IMG/VR virus record: IMGVR_UViG_3300017780_000420
Span: 1-33,654 of that record
Reading direction: 5' to 3' (one strand)
Length of the DNA: 33,654 nucleotides
Source of the DNA: a virus
Lineage: Duplodnaviria; Caudoviricetes
Made by a program: the position numbers and the translations under genes. Shown here one piece after another: positions 1 to 9,133 of the stretch (position 1 is its first letter; each line of letters opens with the position of its first letter). A model generated the notes under the pieces. It was given only the letters and a program-made list of their open reading frames with translations. It searched no databases and was not told the origin of the DNA.

Positions 1-112
1 AAGAAATTGGGGTTTGAGGAACAAGCACGATTACTTGATGTTTTTCCTACTGGAGATTTGTTGTTTTTTGTAATGTCAAAAGACAAATGTAGATTTTTAG
101 GAGAAAGATATG
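1..112. repeat. Terminal direct repeat, left copy (circular overlap)
   Basis: Bases 1-112 are identical to 33543-33654. Confidence 0.97.
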
Positions 113-1141
113 GGAAAGTCGGCTTCTGCACCGCCACCACCTGATTACACGGGTGCGGCACAAGCAACTGCACAAGGCAACTTAGATGCGGCACGGGCTA
201 ATATTGCGGCTAACCGTGTAAATCAATTTACGCCTTATGGTTCACTTCAATATGAAGTTTCAGGTGAGGATAAGTTTGGCAATCCGATGTGGAAAGCTAC
301 TCAATCCCTTGCTCCCGACCAACAAAAACTATTAGATATTCAAAACCAATTAAGTATTGGTACTGGTCAGTTAGGCCAAAAAGGTCTTGGTTATGTAGAA
401 AACATGATTAACCAACCTTTCGATACTAGCAAATTAGTTTCTACAGGTTTTAATCCTAGTCAGTCATACCAAGATGCTTATATGCAACGCCTTGCCCCAC
501 AAATTCAGCAAGGGCGTGAAGCATTAAATGTTGATTTAGCTAACAGAGGTATTCCAATCGGTTCGGAAGCCTACAAACGGGCAATGCAAACCCAATCTCA
601 GCGTGAAAATGACCTACTTTTAGGTGCTACTACGCAAGGTTTTGGCGTTGGTCAACAAGCCCGTCAGCAAGGGTTTAATGAGTTAGCTTATCAGCGTAAT
701 GAACCTATTAATACGCTTAATGCGGTGCGTTCAGGGGCACAAGTACAAAGTCCTACATTTGTAAACCCTGCAATGCAAGCAAATACTGCTGGTGCTGATA
801 TTTTAGGTGCTACACAGATGGGCTATAACGCTAATTTAGCCGCATCTAACGCACAAAATGCCGCTAACAATCAAATGACACAAGGTTTATTTAGTCTTGG
901 CGGTGCTGGAATCATGGCTATGTCCGACATTCGCACTAAAGAAAACATTGAAGCCATTGGCGTAGCTGAAAACGGCTTGACTGTGTACAAGTACGAATAC
1001 AAACCTGAGTTTAAAGACCACGAATTAGCTGGATCAGGCGTTCACTACGGCTACATGGCTCAAGAGGTAGAGCAAGTCTATCCTTACGCAGTTAAAACCC
1101 TAAATGACGGCTATAAAGTCGTAGATTACGGACTACTATGA
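110..1141 (+). CDS. Putative ejection/DNA-transfer virion protein with C-terminal intramolecular chaperone (peptidase S74-like) domain
   Basis: MGKSASAPPPPDY N-terminus and Q/A/N-rich body, placed after nozzle and GNAT genes; C-terminal SDIRTKENI...G..VY.Y.Y...GYMAQEVE...VDY is the S74/ICA signature. Confidence 0.75.
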   Translation: MGKSASAPPPPDYTGAAQATAQGNLDAARANIAANRVNQFTPYGSLQYEVSGEDKFGNPMWKATQSLAPDQQKLLDIQNQLSIGTGQLGQKGLGYVENMINQPFDTSKLVSTGFNPSQSYQDAYMQRLAPQIQQGREALNVDLANRGIPIGSEAYKRAMQTQSQRENDLLLGATTQGFGVGQQARQQGFNELAYQRNEPINTLNAVRSGAQVQSPTFVNPAMQANTAGADILGATQMGYNANLAASNAQNAANNQMTQGLFSLGGAGIMAMSDIRTKENIEAIGVAENGLTVYKYEYKPEFKDHELAGSGVHYGYMAQEVEQVYPYAVKTLNDGYKVVDYGLL

Positions 1142-1461
1142 ATCCCTATATCCTAATGCCACAGCCAATCCAAGATGTTAGCGGATTGCAACCTGTGTTT
1201 CAAAATACTGGTCAACAACTAGCTAATCAGCAGGCGGCACTTGCACAACAGAATCAATTAGCTAATCAAGCAGGTCAAACGCAAAGTGGTGCTGGTATTA
1301 ATCAACTTGCAATGGCAATAATGTTGCGTAAAAAAGACCCTAAAAAACCTGATTATGATGGATGGCAAACTTCGGGTGATAACACTTATTTTGGCTCTAA
1401 CAGCAACGGCATGGGTGCTGGTGAAGGATATAGTGGTATGAACGCAGATATTGGACTTTAA
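1138..1461 (+). CDS. Hypothetical protein, probably virion-associated
   Basis: 107-aa Q-rich ORF with ATGA overlap to the preceding gene. Confidence 0.6.
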   Translation: MNPYILMPQPIQDVSGLQPVFQNTGQQLANQQAALAQQNQLANQAGQTQSGAGINQLAMAIMLRKKDPKKPDYDGWQTSGDNTYFGSNSNGMGAGEGYSGMNADIGL

Positions 1462-1463
1462 TT

Positions 1464-2885
1464 ATGGCTGATATTGGAACGCTAAACCCCGAACAAATGT
1501 TGCAACAGCAACAGATTTTACGCCAGCAAAAAATGGCTGAAATGCTTATGCAACAAGGTATGCAACAACCACAAGGTCAAATGATTAGTGGGCATTATGT
1601 TGCTCCTTCTATTACACAAAATCTTGCTGGTTTAGCCAATATGTATTTTGGTCAACGAGGAATTGAAAAAGCCGATCAAGCACAAATTGATTTGGCTAAA
1701 GCCATTCGCAATCAAGAAGGCGTAGCATTGGCTGATTACATGGGTCAATTGCAGGGCAAGCCTGCTGTACCTGAAAAAGTAACTGAACTGGCTGGGCCAT
1801 ACACAGGCAACATTCCTAAGCCCGTTGCTACCATAGAAGGAACTCCAGCAGTAGCAGGTAATCCAATGTTAGCTAACATGAATGCTTTGCAGAATCCTAA
1901 TTCACCTGCGTTCTTAAGACAACTTGCAATTAAAAAGATTACTGAAGGGCCAAAATATAAAGAAATTAGTCAATACAACGAAAAAACGGGCAATACCGAA
2001 AATTATCGTTATGACGAAAATTCGCCTAATCCAACAAGCACTATGCAATTTTTAGGCGTAAGTAAACCAGCAATTTCACCAAGTGACAGATTAACCTTTC
2101 AAGATAAAGGCATTGCAATACCAACCAATTACGGTGGCGGTAGCCCTATGGGTAATGCTCCAATGGGCGGTGGAAATATGCCTGTTGCTGGTAATGTTCC
2201 TGTTGTTGCTGGAAATGCACCTGTAGTCGGCAATCAACCAATTAGCAAACCTGCTACAACTGCTTCTACAAACGATTTAATTAAAACATACGGTTACGAT
2301 CCGTTTAAATTGCCAGCAATGCCACCACAACCAAGTGGTGAAGCGGCTAGAGAATGGCAAAAGAACGCTTATAAGCCATTAGAAGGTACTGCTGGTCAAA
2401 AAGTTGATGGTGCAAAGATGTACTACAACTCGCTTGAAAAATATAACAATTATGTTTCTACTTTAACTGCCGCTGATTTAGTAAACCCAAGCGTAAGATC
2501 AAGGCTTAATTCCCTGTACGCTACAGCTAAATTGACAGGTAAAGAAGCCAACAACTTAGGCGTATTAAACGGTGGTGACGAGCGTATTTTGGAAGAAGTA
2601 TTGCCTAATTACAAAGACATTACAGTAACTAAGAAAAATCTTGACAGAATTGTTCAAGATCAAAAAGAGTTTGCTAGTGGAATTATTGTTGAAGCATACG
2701 GCACACAGCAAAAAGTTGTTCCGCAAAATATGCGTAAGTTTGTTGTAGTTCCAAAAACTCAAGAAACTAAAGCAGATGTTGAAAGCAAAAATGCACCAGT
2801 TCAACGGGCTATTTTAAACGATGAGCCAATTGAAACTCGCAAAGGTAAATGGGTTTATTCTAAAACAGGAAAGGCAGTCGAATAA
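1464..2885 (+). CDS. Putative internal virion (ejection) protein
   Basis: 473-aa ORF, Q-rich N-terminus, position in podovirus ejection cluster; function inferred from synteny. Confidence 0.55.
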   Translation: MADIGTLNPEQMLQQQQILRQQKMAEMLMQQGMQQPQGQMISGHYVAPSITQNLAGLANMYFGQRGIEKADQAQIDLAKAIRNQEGVALADYMGQLQGKPAVPEKVTELAGPYTGNIPKPVATIEGTPAVAGNPMLANMNALQNPNSPAFLRQLAIKKITEGPKYKEISQYNEKTGNTENYRYDENSPNPTSTMQFLGVSKPAISPSDRLTFQDKGIAIPTNYGGGSPMGNAPMGGGNMPVAGNVPVVAGNAPVVGNQPISKPATTASTNDLIKTYGYDPFKLPAMPPQPSGEAAREWQKNAYKPLEGTAGQKVDGAKMYYNSLEKYNNYVSTLTAADLVNPSVRSRLNSLYATAKLTGKEANNLGVLNGGDERILEEVLPNYKDITVTKKNLDRIVQDQKEFASGIIVEAYGTQQKVVPQNMRKFVVVPKTQETKADVESKNAPVQRAILNDEPIETRKGKWVYSKTGKAVE

Positions 2886-4486
2886 TGGATGACTTGCTCC
2901 CATTACCAAAAGGTGCTGTAGCCGTTAATACTGGCGTTCCTTTGCCACAAGGTGCTGTTCCAATAAATGAAACCGCTTACGACCGTTTTATTAACAACAT
3001 ACAATTGCCTAAAATGGATGGCAATAGGGTTGTTGGCCCAATGCTTGCCGCTGGTACTGGCGAACTTATCAAAGGTGCTGGAGCATTAACTGAGTTAGCT
3101 TTTCCTGAAACTGGTCGCAACATAGCCCGTCTTGGCGATAAGATCACAAGCGAAGTTAAGGAGCAATACCCAGTATCAGGCACTACAGGTCAGATTGCAT
3201 CCTATTTAGTTCCTTATTCAGCGGCTCAAAAAGCCATTGGTGCAGTTAAAGCTATTCCTCAAATTGCTTCAAGAATTACAAACATTGGAAAGATTCCTAG
3301 TTTTGCATTAGCCGCTGGCGAACAATCAGCCATTGGTGCTGGTACTGGATATGCTTTAACCCCAAATATTGAAAACCGTGAAAATGCGGCATTGTTTGGT
3401 GCGGCTACTGGGCCAGTAGGTGAGTTAATAAAACCAGCCGCACAAGCATTGGGTTATTTAGGAAAACAAACTTTAGGATTATCTACAGGTGCAGGTGGTG
3501 ATGCTGTAGGTGAAGCGTTTAAAGCTGGATATACAAAAAACCCACAATTTTTAGCTAATTTACGTGGAGAAGCACCTGCAAGCGAAATATTAGAAGCCGC
3601 ACAAAGTGGCTTACAAACATTAAAAAACCAACGCAGACAGGCTTACCAGCAAGGTATTCAAACAACCAACAAAAACCAAGTATTTTTAGATTTCAAACCA
3701 ATTGAAACTACATTCCAAGATACGCTTAAAGATTTGACTGTTAAGGGCGTTGGTGGTGTAACCGCTTCACGGGTTGGAGAAAAGACTTTACGAGAAATTG
3801 ACGAAATCAAAAATGTAGTCGGTGAATGGAAAAGCAAGCCTGAATTGCACACCGCAGAAGGGTTAGATGCGTTAAAACGCAGGATTGATGACCTGTACAG
3901 CAATGATATGTCTAAAGAAGCCAAGTCGGTTCTTACTCAGACTAGGGGTCAGGTTAAAAATACCATTGTTAAACAAGACCCAAATTACGCTAAAACAATG
4001 CGTGATTATGAGCAATCTTTAGGTCTTGAGCGTGAACTTGAAACAGCATTAGGCTTAGGCGATAGAACATCAATTGATTCCGCTATTCGTAAATTACAGT
4101 CTTTGACCCGTAATAACGCAAATACTAGCTATCAATACCGCCAACAATTAGCTGACATTTTGAAGAAAGAAGCTGGCGTAGATTTAATGCCAGCACTATC
4201 AGGTCAAGCCTTAAACAGCGTAGCCCCAAGAGGTCTGCAAAAGCTAATGCCAAGTTTTACAGCAGGTAGTGCCGTAACGGGAGCATTAAATCTTGGTGCT
4301 GAAGGTTTGTTACCATTAGTCACGCTTCCATTGCAAAGCCCTAGAGTGGTTGGTGAGGGTGCATATATGGCAGGTAAAGCCGCTACACCATTTATTAATT
4401 TAGCAAACTCAGGCACACAAGAACAGCGTAATTTGGCTAAATTATTGATGATGAGAGCCACCCAACAAGGAGCAACAAATGAGTAG
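2885..4486 (+). CDS. Putative internal virion (ejection) protein
   Basis: 533-aa A/G-rich helical ORF coupled by TAATG; synteny. Confidence 0.55.
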   Translation: MDDLLPLPKGAVAVNTGVPLPQGAVPINETAYDRFINNIQLPKMDGNRVVGPMLAAGTGELIKGAGALTELAFPETGRNIARLGDKITSEVKEQYPVSGTTGQIASYLVPYSAAQKAIGAVKAIPQIASRITNIGKIPSFALAAGEQSAIGAGTGYALTPNIENRENAALFGAATGPVGELIKPAAQALGYLGKQTLGLSTGAGGDAVGEAFKAGYTKNPQFLANLRGEAPASEILEAAQSGLQTLKNQRRQAYQQGIQTTNKNQVFLDFKPIETTFQDTLKDLTVKGVGGVTASRVGEKTLREIDEIKNVVGEWKSKPELHTAEGLDALKRRIDDLYSNDMSKEAKSVLTQTRGQVKNTIVKQDPNYAKTMRDYEQSLGLERELETALGLGDRTSIDSAIRKLQSLTRNNANTSYQYRQQLADILKKEAGVDLMPALSGQALNSVAPRGLQKLMPSFTAGSAVTGALNLGAEGLLPLVTLPLQSPRVVGEGAYMAGKAATPFINLANSGTQEQRNLAKLLMMRATQQGATNE

Positions 4487-5480
4487 AAACGGATCGGGGG
4501 TCTATTCACTCCCAGCAGGTAATCCAGTAGTAACTGGAACAACTATTAGTTCTACATGGGCTAATAACACCCTTGCAGACATTTCAACAGCCCTTACAGG
4601 ATCATTGGCTTCTGACGGTCAAACTACCGCTACTGGCAACCTTAAAATGGGTAGCAACCGCATTACTGGTCTTGCTGACGGAATCGCAGTTACAGATGCC
4701 GCTACAGTTGGTCAAGTTCCTAGTGCGGCCTTATTCTTACTAAAAGCATCTAATTTATCTGATGTGGCTAACGCTACAACTGCTAGAGGTAATTTAACTG
4801 CCGCCAAATCAGGTGCTAATAGCGATATTACTTCCTTAACTGGTCTAACAACCCCCTTAACAGTAGCCCAAGGCGGTACAGGTTCAACTACATTAACCGC
4901 AAACAATGTTCTTTTAGGTAATGGTACTTCTGCACCCCAAGTTGTAGCACCAAGTACAACAGGAAATGTATTAACTTCTAATGGAACTACTTGGGTTTCT
5001 TCTGCTAACAATAAATTAACTAGCGGAACTGCACAGGCCTCTACAAGTGGGACAAGCATTGACTTTACAAGTATTCCTAGCTGGGTGAAGCGTATTACTG
5101 TAATGTTTAGCGGAGTTAGTCTTAGTGGAACTGCTAACTTTCTAATTCAATTAGGAGATTCGGGTGGATTTGAAACAACAGGATATGTAAGCACTTCAAT
5201 AGCTACTGATACTGGCGGTGGTTCGGGTGGTACAAACAGTACATCGGGTCTTATATATCTCGGTGCCGATGCTACTTGGTCACAAAACGCTTTAATAGTT
5301 ATTGCCAATATCTCAGGAAATAGTTGGGTTTCTAGCCATACTGGTAGCCCATCAACAACTAATATTATTGCAGGTGGTGGCTCTAAAACCCTCACAGATG
5401 TATTAGACCGTATTCGTATTACAACTACAAACGGTACAGATACATTTGATGCTGGTTCTATCAACATTCTTTACGAGTAA
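4479..5480 (+). CDS. Tail fibre protein
   Basis: MSRNGSGVYSLPAGNPVVTGTTISSTWAN anchor-type N-terminus, S/T/G-rich fibre motifs (SGANSDITSL, VAQGGTG, GNVLTSNGTTW). Confidence 0.75.
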   Translation: MSRNGSGVYSLPAGNPVVTGTTISSTWANNTLADISTALTGSLASDGQTTATGNLKMGSNRITGLADGIAVTDAATVGQVPSAALFLLKASNLSDVANATTARGNLTAAKSGANSDITSLTGLTTPLTVAQGGTGSTTLTANNVLLGNGTSAPQVVAPSTTGNVLTSNGTTWVSSANNKLTSGTAQASTSGTSIDFTSIPSWVKRITVMFSGVSLSGTANFLIQLGDSGGFETTGYVSTSIATDTGGGSGGTNSTSGLIYLGADATWSQNALIVIANISGNSWVSSHTGSPSTTNIIAGGGSKTLTDVLDRIRITTTNGTDTFDAGSINILYE

Positions 5481-5483
5481 TCT

Positions 5484-5693
5484 ATGTCTTTTGAAATTGA
5501 CCCAGTAAAGTATGGTCAACTTTGGGAAAAGGTTGACCAGTTAACCGCCAAAGTAGATAAGCTAGAAGAAGGCATGGAAGAATTGCTTGCTTTAGCCAAT
5601 AAAAGTCGGGGTGGATTTTGGGTTGGAATGATGGTGGTATCAGGCATTAGTTCCATCGTTGGCTTCATAGCACACTACTTCACAAGTAAATGA
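5484..5693 (+). CDS. Small coiled-coil membrane protein (lysis-associated)
   Basis: Coiled coil followed by one C-terminal hydrophobic helix, upstream of holin/endolysin. Confidence 0.6.
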   Translation: MSFEIDPVKYGQLWEKVDQLTAKVDKLEEGMEELLALANKSRGGFWVGMMVVSGISSIVGFIAHYFTSK

Positions 5694-5694
5694 T

Positions 5695-6144
5695 GTGGCA
5701 GACCCATTCGGATTATCTGAAGGTGTCAAAGGCCTTACAGGAAGCCTTGAAGCAAGTAGAACCGCAAGCAAAGGCTTATCTCAATCTATTGAAAACATAC
5801 AGCGAGATGGCCTTGATGTTGCTAACAAACAAGCCCAAGAAAGATTAAGGGCTAGGCGAGAAGCAGAGTTTAGGAAAGAAAAAGCATTAATCAAGGCTTT
5901 AGAGCATTGGAAGCATAAAAAGCAAATAAGTGACGAAGAAGCCAATTTAAAGATTAAGTTTATCAAGGCTCACGGTGCAAAAGAATGGGAAGCAGTCTTA
6001 AAAATTAAACTGGATATTGAAAATATGCAACGCAAAGACAACGAAGAATACCAGCACGATTTAAAGGCGGTAAGACGGGTGCAAATGTATTGTTTTGCTT
6101 TGGCGGCTGTAATTGCGTGGTACTTAACTTGGGGTATTAAATAA
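5695..6144 (+). CDS. Hypothetical membrane-anchored protein
   Basis: 149-aa ORF (GTG start) with C-terminal hydrophobic helix. Confidence 0.55.
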   Translation: MADPFGLSEGVKGLTGSLEASRTASKGLSQSIENIQRDGLDVANKQAQERLRARREAEFRKEKALIKALEHWKHKKQISDEEANLKIKFIKAHGAKEWEAVLKIKLDIENMQRKDNEEYQHDLKAVRRVQMYCFALAAVIAWYLTWGIK

Positions 6145-6554
6145 TGTTTCCATTAGGTGCGTTACTTGACATTGGTGGCAAGATACTAGATAAAGTATTT
6201 CCTGATCCTGCACAGGCAGAACAAGCCAAACTTAAATTGCTAGAAATGCAACAAAATGGCGAATTAGCCCAAATTAACGCTGATATTGCAGAGCAACAAG
6301 AACTCACTAAACGCCAGCAAGCGGATATGGCTAGTGATAGCTGGTTATCTAAAAACATTCGCCCCATGACCTTAATATTTATTTTGGTGTTTTATGTGGT
6401 ATTTGCCATGATGAGTGCTGGTGGCGTTGAAACAAACCAAAAGTATGTCGAACTGTTAGGCCAATGGGGGATGCTAATTATGTCCTTCTATTTTGGCGGT
6501 CGCACAATAGAAAAAATAATGGATATGAAGAATAAGAATGAAACTAAGTCCTAA
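6144..6554 (+). CDS. Holin (GTA 3TM holin-like)
   Basis: GKILDKVFPDP...SDSWLSKNIRP...SFYFGGR motifs with hydrophobic helices, directly before endolysin. Confidence 0.8.
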   Translation: MFPLGALLDIGGKILDKVFPDPAQAEQAKLKLLEMQQNGELAQINADIAEQQELTKRQQADMASDSWLSKNIRPMTLIFILVFYVVFAMMSAGGVETNQKYVELLGQWGMLIMSFYFGGRTIEKIMDMKNKNETKS

Positions 6555-6966
6555 TTTTTCGTTAGAAGAACTCACACACACCGATCACCGTCAGTTCGAT
6601 AATACCCCTAACGAATCTGAAAGAGCCAACCTAGAGCGTTTAGCGGCCTTCCTAGAGCAAGTTAAAACGGTATTGGGTGGCAAACCAATTATTGTCAATT
6701 CAGCGTTTCGTTCTAAGCAAGTAAATGATGCAGTAGGATCAAAAGATACATCACAGCATCGGATTGGTTGTGCGGCAGACATCCGTGTACCAAATATGAC
6801 CCCCGATGAAGTCGTTAAAGCTGTTATTGCATCGGGGATAGGATATGACCAACTTATTCGAGAATTTGACCGTTGGACACATATTAGTGTTCCTAGTGTT
6901 GCTGGGGGCAATCCTCGCAGACAGTCTTTAATTATTGATCGCCAAGGCGTTAGAAATTATGCCTAA
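6538..6966 (+). CDS. Endolysin, peptidase M15A family
   Basis: LSPNFSLEEL...NSAFRS..VN.AVG...SQH..G.AADI...W.HIS zinc-peptidase motifs. Confidence 0.88.
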   Translation: MKLSPNFSLEELTHTDHRQFDNTPNESERANLERLAAFLEQVKTVLGGKPIIVNSAFRSKQVNDAVGSKDTSQHRIGCAADIRVPNMTPDEVVKAVIASGIGYDQLIREFDRWTHISVPSVAGGNPRRQSLIIDRQGVRNYA

Positions 6967-7454
6967 CCATTATTAGTAAATTCTTTGTGAATTTTTTGCC
7001 GTTTTTCTTTAATTTTAATTTCTGCTTGATTTAAATCATCAAAAAATCCAATGTAAATTTCTTTGTTTTGGTGAACAATTCTTGCTCTCCATTTTTTCTT
7101 TTGTAAGCACCAACCAACACCTTTTACGCCTGAAGTATTGTTTTTCTTTTTCTTTGAATTGCAAGAATTTTCTGAAAGATTACAAATTCTTAAATTTTCA
7201 ATGCGGTTATCAAAAGAATTTCCATTGATATGGTCAATAGTGTTTTCTGTATTTCCATTGTGAAAAATCCAAATTAACCTATGGGCTCTATAAATCTTAT
7301 AATTAATGCAAATTTGATGATAGTGATGACTTTTTGTACCAGCTAACAAATTTTTAAGAGTTCCTTTTCTAAAACTTTTCCAATACAAATTACCATCTTT
7401 ATAATCAAATAACTGGTTTAAATATTCTTTAGTTAAGATATGATCTGTTTTCAT
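6963..7454 (-). CDS. Free-standing HNH homing endonuclease with AP2-like C-terminal domain
   Basis: AHRLIW...IDHINGNSFDNRIENLR plus NTSGVKGV...KWRARI...YIGFF; visibly more AT-rich than flanks. Confidence 0.88.
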   Translation of the reverse strand: MKTDHILTKEYLNQLFDYKDGNLYWKSFRKGTLKNLLAGTKSHHYHQICINYKIYRAHRLIWIFHNGNTENTIDHINGNSFDNRIENLRICNLSENSCNSKKKKNNTSGVKGVGWCLQKKKWRARIVHQNKEIYIGFFDDLNQAEIKIKEKRQKIHKEFTNNG

Positions 7455-7460
7455 AATTTA

Positions 7461-7469
7461 ATTATATCA
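7461..7469 (-). promoter_or_regulatory. Extended -10 promoter of the HNH gene
   Basis: Minus strand TGaTATAAT, 6 nt before the ATG at 7454. Confidence 0.6.
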
Positions 7470-7491
7470 CAACAGGTACAAGACCGTACGC

Positions 7492-7959
7492 TTAAAACTG
7501 AGTAATTGGATTTAACCGTTTACGGTCATACCGATAGGAAGGGTGAGAACCGCCTATAAGCGTGGCAAACTGAAATAACTCATCCTTATCCACCCAGCCC
7601 ACAATATCGCCCCCAGCATCGTCTAAAACGATTAGGATGTAAAAATCACAAGGACTTTTGCGGTGGTATTCGGTGACATACACATCACCTTCTTTATCGC
7701 GGGTAGATTTGACATCTATAGTCCTACCGCCAGCAGTCTTAAGATCGGCAGGGTTTTTCTTTTGATTAATGGAAAAGTCGGGCATTAAGTTTAAATATTT
7801 GGCTACCAAATACTCACCCTTAAACCCGTCTATATCCATTTCGTAAGGGTCTTGCTTGCTGACCTGCCTGTCAAAGTTAAACTGCATGGCGTTTTTCCTA
7901 CGCATAGTACCAAAATATTCGCATAGGAATAATTCATGCTTGGACAGGTCAACTCTCAC
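7492..7959 (-). CDS. Hypothetical protein, possible PD-(D/E)XK nuclease fold
   Basis: G..GE....YL...AD.....IDVKST pattern; start reassigned to GTG at 7959 (inside repeat copy, GAAAGG upstream) instead of TTG at 7986. Confidence 0.55.
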   Translation of the reverse strand: MRVDLSKHELFLCEYFGTMRRKNAMQFNFDRQVSKQDPYEMDIDGFKGEYLVAKYLNLMPDFSINQKKNPADLKTAGGRTIDVKSTRDKEGDVYVTEYHRKSPCDFYILIVLDDAGGDIVGWVDKDELFQFATLIGGSHPSYRYDRKRLNPITQF

Positions 7960-7972
7960 TCTTGTGCCTTTC

Positions 7973-8107
7973 TTAGTATCGCTCAAACCATTTTGTTGGC
8001 GTATTTTCTATGTGTGCTTCATTTTGAGAAAAGCTAATAAAAGGTTTATGCAATCCAATTTGTAAATGGTATGTTCCAAATCGCCAGTTGATTATTAAAT
8101 TACTCAT
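7973..8107 (-). CDS. Small hypothetical protein (44 aa, MSNLIINWRF...WFERY)
   Basis: Translated by hand; ATG overlaps upstream stop (ATGA) in the repeat. Confidence 0.6.
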   Translation of the reverse strand: MSNLIINWRFGTYHLQIGLHKPFISFSQNEAHIENTPTKWFERY

Positions 8108-8301
8108 TTCTCTTGTGTTTTTCCTCTGCAATCACAAATACTTGGTAGGCAAACCGTATCGTATGAACTACCACATTCTTTTGTGATTTTTTGAACAAAC
8201 ATAGCTACATCGTATCCTTCGGAATCTTCATCATTCCATTCAACATACGAAAATTGGTCAAATTCACCTTCTTTGCGATACCGCCATAATAAATTATTCA
8301 T
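8104..8301 (-). CDS. Small hypothetical protein ending RGKTQEK
   Basis: ORF track; ATGA coupling at both ends. Confidence 0.6.
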   Translation of the reverse strand: MNNLLWRYRKEGEFDQFSYVEWNDEDSEGYDVAMFVQKITKECGSSYDTVCLPSICDCRGKTQEK

Positions 8302-8393
8302 TTCTCTTGTGCCTTTCTTAACGCATACCCTAAATAAACTCCAACGGAATATGCCACTAAAACTAAAATTACAATTTGTATTGTGTCGTTCAT
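8298..8393 (-). CDS. Small membrane protein (31 aa) ending ALRKAQEK
   Basis: Translated by hand: MNDTIQIVILVLVAYSVGVYLGYALRKAQEK; ATGA coupling at both ends. Confidence 0.65.
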   Translation of the reverse strand: MNDTIQIVILVLVAYSVGVYLGYALRKAQEK

Positions 8394-8632
8394 TTCTCTT
8401 GTGCCTTTCTTAGTATTGCTCTAGCAAATTCGTATGTTGTTTCGCCCATCCACCCTATTGCACCAAAGCCATGTGCTATTTCCTGTATTTCATCATCTGT
8501 TAGTGTCTTTGCTGGATGGGTGTAGGTGTAAAGGGGCGTATCGTACTCTCCTGCCGTTTTAATGTATTCGTCAGGGTGAATAGCATCATAAAATTGGCCA
8601 TCCCTAAACATGGCATAAGCTACTGGCTTCAT
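8390..8632 (-). CDS. Hypothetical protein ending ARAILRKAQEK
   Basis: MKPVAY...PLY..P.KTLTDDEI...FARAIL pattern typical of small early phage proteins. Confidence 0.7.
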   Translation of the reverse strand: MKPVAYAMFRDGQFYDAIHPDEYIKTAGEYDTPLYTYTHPAKTLTDDEIQEIAHGFGAIGWMGETTYEFARAILRKAQEK

Positions 8633-8871
8633 ATTACATACCCGTGCATTAAGTAGTTAGTACCAAACACAATTACGCAGATCAAAATAGCTACTAAACC
8701 GCCCTGAATGAACTGGTTAATGCCTTTGATTAGCTTTTGCTTGCGTTCCCATTTTTCCAGCTTTTTATGCTCTTCAAGGTCACCCCAGCCCTTATCAATC
8801 ATGCGTTGGCGTTGCTCAAACTTGGCTTGAACTTGGTAATACTTTTCAGCATCTTTTTCGCTTTGTAACAT
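8629..8871 (-). CDS. Hypothetical membrane protein
   Basis: GGAG RBS, C-terminal hydrophobic helix. Confidence 0.65.
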   Translation of the reverse strand: MLQSEKDAEKYYQVQAKFEQRQRMIDKGWGDLEEHKKLEKWERKQKLIKGINQFIQGGLVAILICVIVFGTNYLMHGYVI

Positions 8872-8880
8872 GGCTATCTC

Positions 8881-9132
8881 CTATTGAAAAATACGGTAGC
8901 GTGGGTTGCAGGTAACTTCTACAGGTACATCACTCATAATGCCGTTAATCCTACGCTTGGCTGTAATAACTACAGGTCGTGTACCAGCTTCTTCACATTC
9001 TGTGATACCAAGTATGACCTGTTGGCGGCTCATGTGAAAAGCCTGTTTATCAGTTTCTAGGCTGACATTAGGTGGCTCAAAAGAACTACAAGCGGCTAGG
9101 GCTAATGGGGCTAAAAGTAATAGGTATTTCAT
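8881..9132 (-). CDS. Putative lipoprotein
   Basis: MKYLLLLAPLALAAC signal peptide with LAAC lipobox. Confidence 0.75.
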   Translation of the reverse strand: MKYLLLLAPLALAACSSFEPPNVSLETDKQAFHMSRQQVILGITECEEAGTRPVVITAKRRINGIMSDVPVEVTCNPRYRIFQ

Positions 9133-9133
9133 A

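Larger units (their letters stand above)
7956..8422 (-). repeat. Four copies of a ~23-bp gene-junction repeat (TAAGAAAGGCACAAGAGAAATGA)
   Basis: Copies at about 7956-7979, 8104-8127 (degenerate), 8298-8320 and 8390-8412. Confidence 0.9.

Noticed and set aside
1-112. Biological terminal repeat of the packaged DNA
   Set aside because: It falls mid-gene and far from terS, so an assembly overlap of a circular contig is more likely.
2565-6911. Minus-strand ORFs overlapping virion and lysis genes (and similar shadow ORFs elsewhere)
   Set aside because: Antisense or alternate-frame shadows of well-supported genes, with no RBS or motifs.
7956-8422. CRISPR array
   Set aside because: Spacers are about 70-170 bp, unequal and protein-coding; no cas operon.
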